Below, one piece after another: positions 61,952-64,000 of a stretch of DNA of 64,000 nucleotides. The first letter of the stretch is position 1; the number at the start of each line of letters is the position of its first letter. The DNA is taken from the NCBI GenBank assembly GCA_001179505.1, contig CDMY01000471.1, positions 1 to 64,000 on the forward strand, read 5' to 3'. The translations under genes and the position numbers were made by a program. Source of the DNA: Vitrella brassicaformis CCMP3155. Its lineage: Eukaryota; Protista; Chromerida. Under the pieces are notes generated by a model. The model was not told the DNA's origin and did no database searches. It was given only the letters and a program-made list of their open reading frames with translations.

Positions 61952-62039
61952 CGTGGCCGAGCATGGCTTCGACAAGGCCAAGGTGGGACGCTGCTGGCAT
62001 GCACCTTGGTTGGCCTTGTTGAACCCGTGCTCGGCCACG
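61952..62039 (+). other. Imperfect long hairpin (inverted repeat)
   Basis: Arms 61952-61985 and 62002-62039, 16-nt loop, two G-U pairs, one C-C mismatch and a 4-nt bulge. Confidence 0.7.
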
Positions 62040-63326
62040 TGGAACCTCACTTCGCGAACGACGTTTGTCGTCAGTCACCCCAGTGTCCATATGGATGTGT
62101 CTGCGCAGGCAGGACATCAAGGCGTCATTTTCTTTGCAGAAGTGGCCTCATCTCCACGGTGGCAGCATAATCCGGTACTCACTGACGGAGAGTGAGCGGG
62201 GTCGCTGTTGCCTCTGATCTGACTGTCTTGCGCACTTCTGCCGGTGGCCTGCACGCCCACCCACCCACATGAGATACATGGCTGGCTGCTCGTTGCTGTC
62301 CGTCATGTACCCTCCCACCAAATCCTCCGATCGCACTTTATCGCATTCCATTCCATTCCATCGCACTCCATGGATGTGTGTATGTATCTCATTGCGATTT
62401 ACGTGAAGTGGGGGTGGTGGTGGTGATGGTGGCATTTGAAACGGCCGCTGGCTGGTATGGTCGATCGAAGAGTGTGTGTGTGTGTGTGTGTGTTACTTTC
62501 AACTCAACGGGGATACATACATGGATGCGTACACTCATCACTACCTGATACGGCCGGCCAGTGCTTGTCTCGCCCTGCAGTGTGTGTGTGTGTGTCTGCA
62601 TGTGGCGCCTTGCATTGCCACCTGCCACCTCTCGTGTCGTGTGCTGCTGTGTCGCATGTTTTTATGTTGTGGTTGTTCCTCCCCTGCCTGTCTGCCTGTC
62701 TGCCTGTGCGCATGTGTATGTGTGTGGGGCATTTCAAGCGTGTGTGCGGTGCGCATGGATGTGCGTGTGATGTTTGTGTGTCTGTCTGTCTGTCTGTGCG
62801 TGTGCCCATATATGTCACACCCCCCGCCAGCCCAGCCCAGCCCAGCCAGCAACATAGCCCACGACATCCATATTGCCTCTCTGCCTGTCAGCCAGCCAGC
62901 CAGCCTTGAGAAGACAGACACGGTGTGTGTGTGAAGGTGAGGTGGAACGCTCCGCAGCCAGCCAGCCAGCCCCTTTTATCAGTGTTATGATGTGTTCGAC
63001 CGACCGACCGACCGACCGCCCCCTCCTCTCTGCGAGGCTGGCTCGGCTCATTTGTGTGAGTGATGCGGGTGAGGTGCGCGAGATCTACCTGATTGTGATG
63101 CAGTGCCTTCATTCACTCATTCATTCGTTCATTCGTTGGTCGAGAGGACGACAGACACACGGATGTATGTCTTGATAAACAAACAGCGGTCTCCTTGTGA
63201 TACCGACCGACATACATGGACACCGCACACACCACACACGTCCATAACGATCAGACCAGTCCCTTCACATCTCTGGGTGTCAGGCAGTCTAGACTGCCCA
63301 CTGGCAAACACACGTGTGTCGGTCAC

Positions 63327-64000
63327 TCACACCAGCACGATGCCCCAGTTGATGACGACACCCTCCAGGTTGAAGCGCTTCAGCACACTGCGCCAGAGGG
63401 GCGTTGACACGGGGAAACGCACATCGAGCACCTTGTTGAGCGATGGGGCTGGGCCAGCAACGGGTGGCTCGGTCGTCCACAGCTCGATCCGGTGCTCACC
63501 CACAAACAGATGGGCAGCGACGGTCTCACCGGGCCGGAAGCCGCTCACAAACACACGACGATAGTCTTTTGGGTCGGTATAATTCCGACCGCCGACGTCA
63601 AAGCGGTAGTCCACAGCGATGCCCTGCTGCTCGGGGACATCGCCAGCTGCCATAAGCCTCTGATAGCGGTCCTGGGAATCACGGAGGATGATGAGAGAGA
63701 GAAGCACCCGGACTGGAGCCCATGGCCGTGACTCGAGCAGCGTGTGCAGCAGGAACGACGACAGGGAGGGGGAGAGATCCAAGCCATGTCGGATGACGGG
63801 ATCGCTCTCCTTGTATCTGCTGCGGTAGGGGTGGTCGGCCGGCAGCTCACCCAACGGCACCACACGAAACGACTGGGCGCCGATCCGATAGTGCCCATTG
63901 TTGGCTTGCTGCAGCGCCAGATTCCTCCCCCTGTAGCTGAGGTAGTGCCCGAATGTCTTGTAGGCGGCCATGATGAGGGGCAGCTCGTCGAATACCGTCG
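63327..64000 (-). CDS. Divergent F-box-like family member, copy F (3' end; continues beyond window)
   Basis: FDELPLIMAAYKTFGHYLSYRG, YRIG, HPYR..Y, SGFRPGETVAAHL, LWTTE and RFPV parallel the C-terminal motifs of copies A-E. Confidence 0.7.
   Translation of the reverse strand, partial: TVFDELPLIMAAYKTFGHYLSYRGRNLALQQANNGHYRIGAQSFRVVPLGELPADHPYRSRYKESDPVIRHGLDLSPSLSSFLLHTLLESRPWAPVRVLLSLIILRDSQDRYQRLMAAGDVPEQQGIAVDYRFDVGGRNYTDPKDYRRVFVSGFRPGETVAAHLFVGEHRIELWTTEPPVAGPAPSLNKVLDVRFPVSTPLWRSVLKRFNLEGVVINWGIVLV

Noticed and set aside
60600-63300. ORFs such as 60641-61345, 61430-62050 and 61545-62195
   Set aside because: Dominated by TG/CA repeats. The mirrored VAEHGF peptide on both strands is a by-product of the hairpin.
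1-64000. tRNA, rRNA or snRNA genes
   Set aside because: None recognised by eye; a tRNAscan-SE/Infernal scan would be needed to exclude them.

Overview
Intron-rich, GC-rich eukaryotic nuclear DNA from an alveolate. The alveolin gene, flagellar CFAP299, (CA)n/(GACA)n-packed short introns and lineage-expanded ankyrin/F-box-like families fit a chromerid such as Vitrella brassicaformis (inference, not a database match). About 20 genes or pseudogenes were assembled by hand from the ORF track and splice signals. They include two alveolin paralogs, an AB-hydrolase lipase, a SNAPC1/SNAP43-like protein, a Cys/His- and Pro-rich protein, a tetraspanin-like protein, an F-box/LRR/ankyrin protein, a membrane-anchored degenerate SET protein, an ankyrin-like protein, an ankyrin-coiled-coil-RING protein, CFAP299, PTGES2 and an MFS transporter. 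Seven copies of one F-box-like family are in different states of decay. Main structural observations: (1) many introns carry AC/GACA repeats at the 5' end and complementary GT/TCTG repeats at the 3' end; (2) a 937-bp non-autonomous CACTA-type element with CG target duplication splits the ankyrin-RING ORF, and removing it restores the frame; (3) gene strands alternate almost perfectly, giving eight head-to-head pairs about 210-440 bp apart; (4) 1-5105 and 40845-45403 form an inverted segmental duplication; (5) a GC donor, AG|GCACGT, recurs in unrelated genes. There are four 300-N assembly gaps, two of them with overlapping flanks. Exon boundaries and product calls are manual and were not checked by HMM or BLAST.
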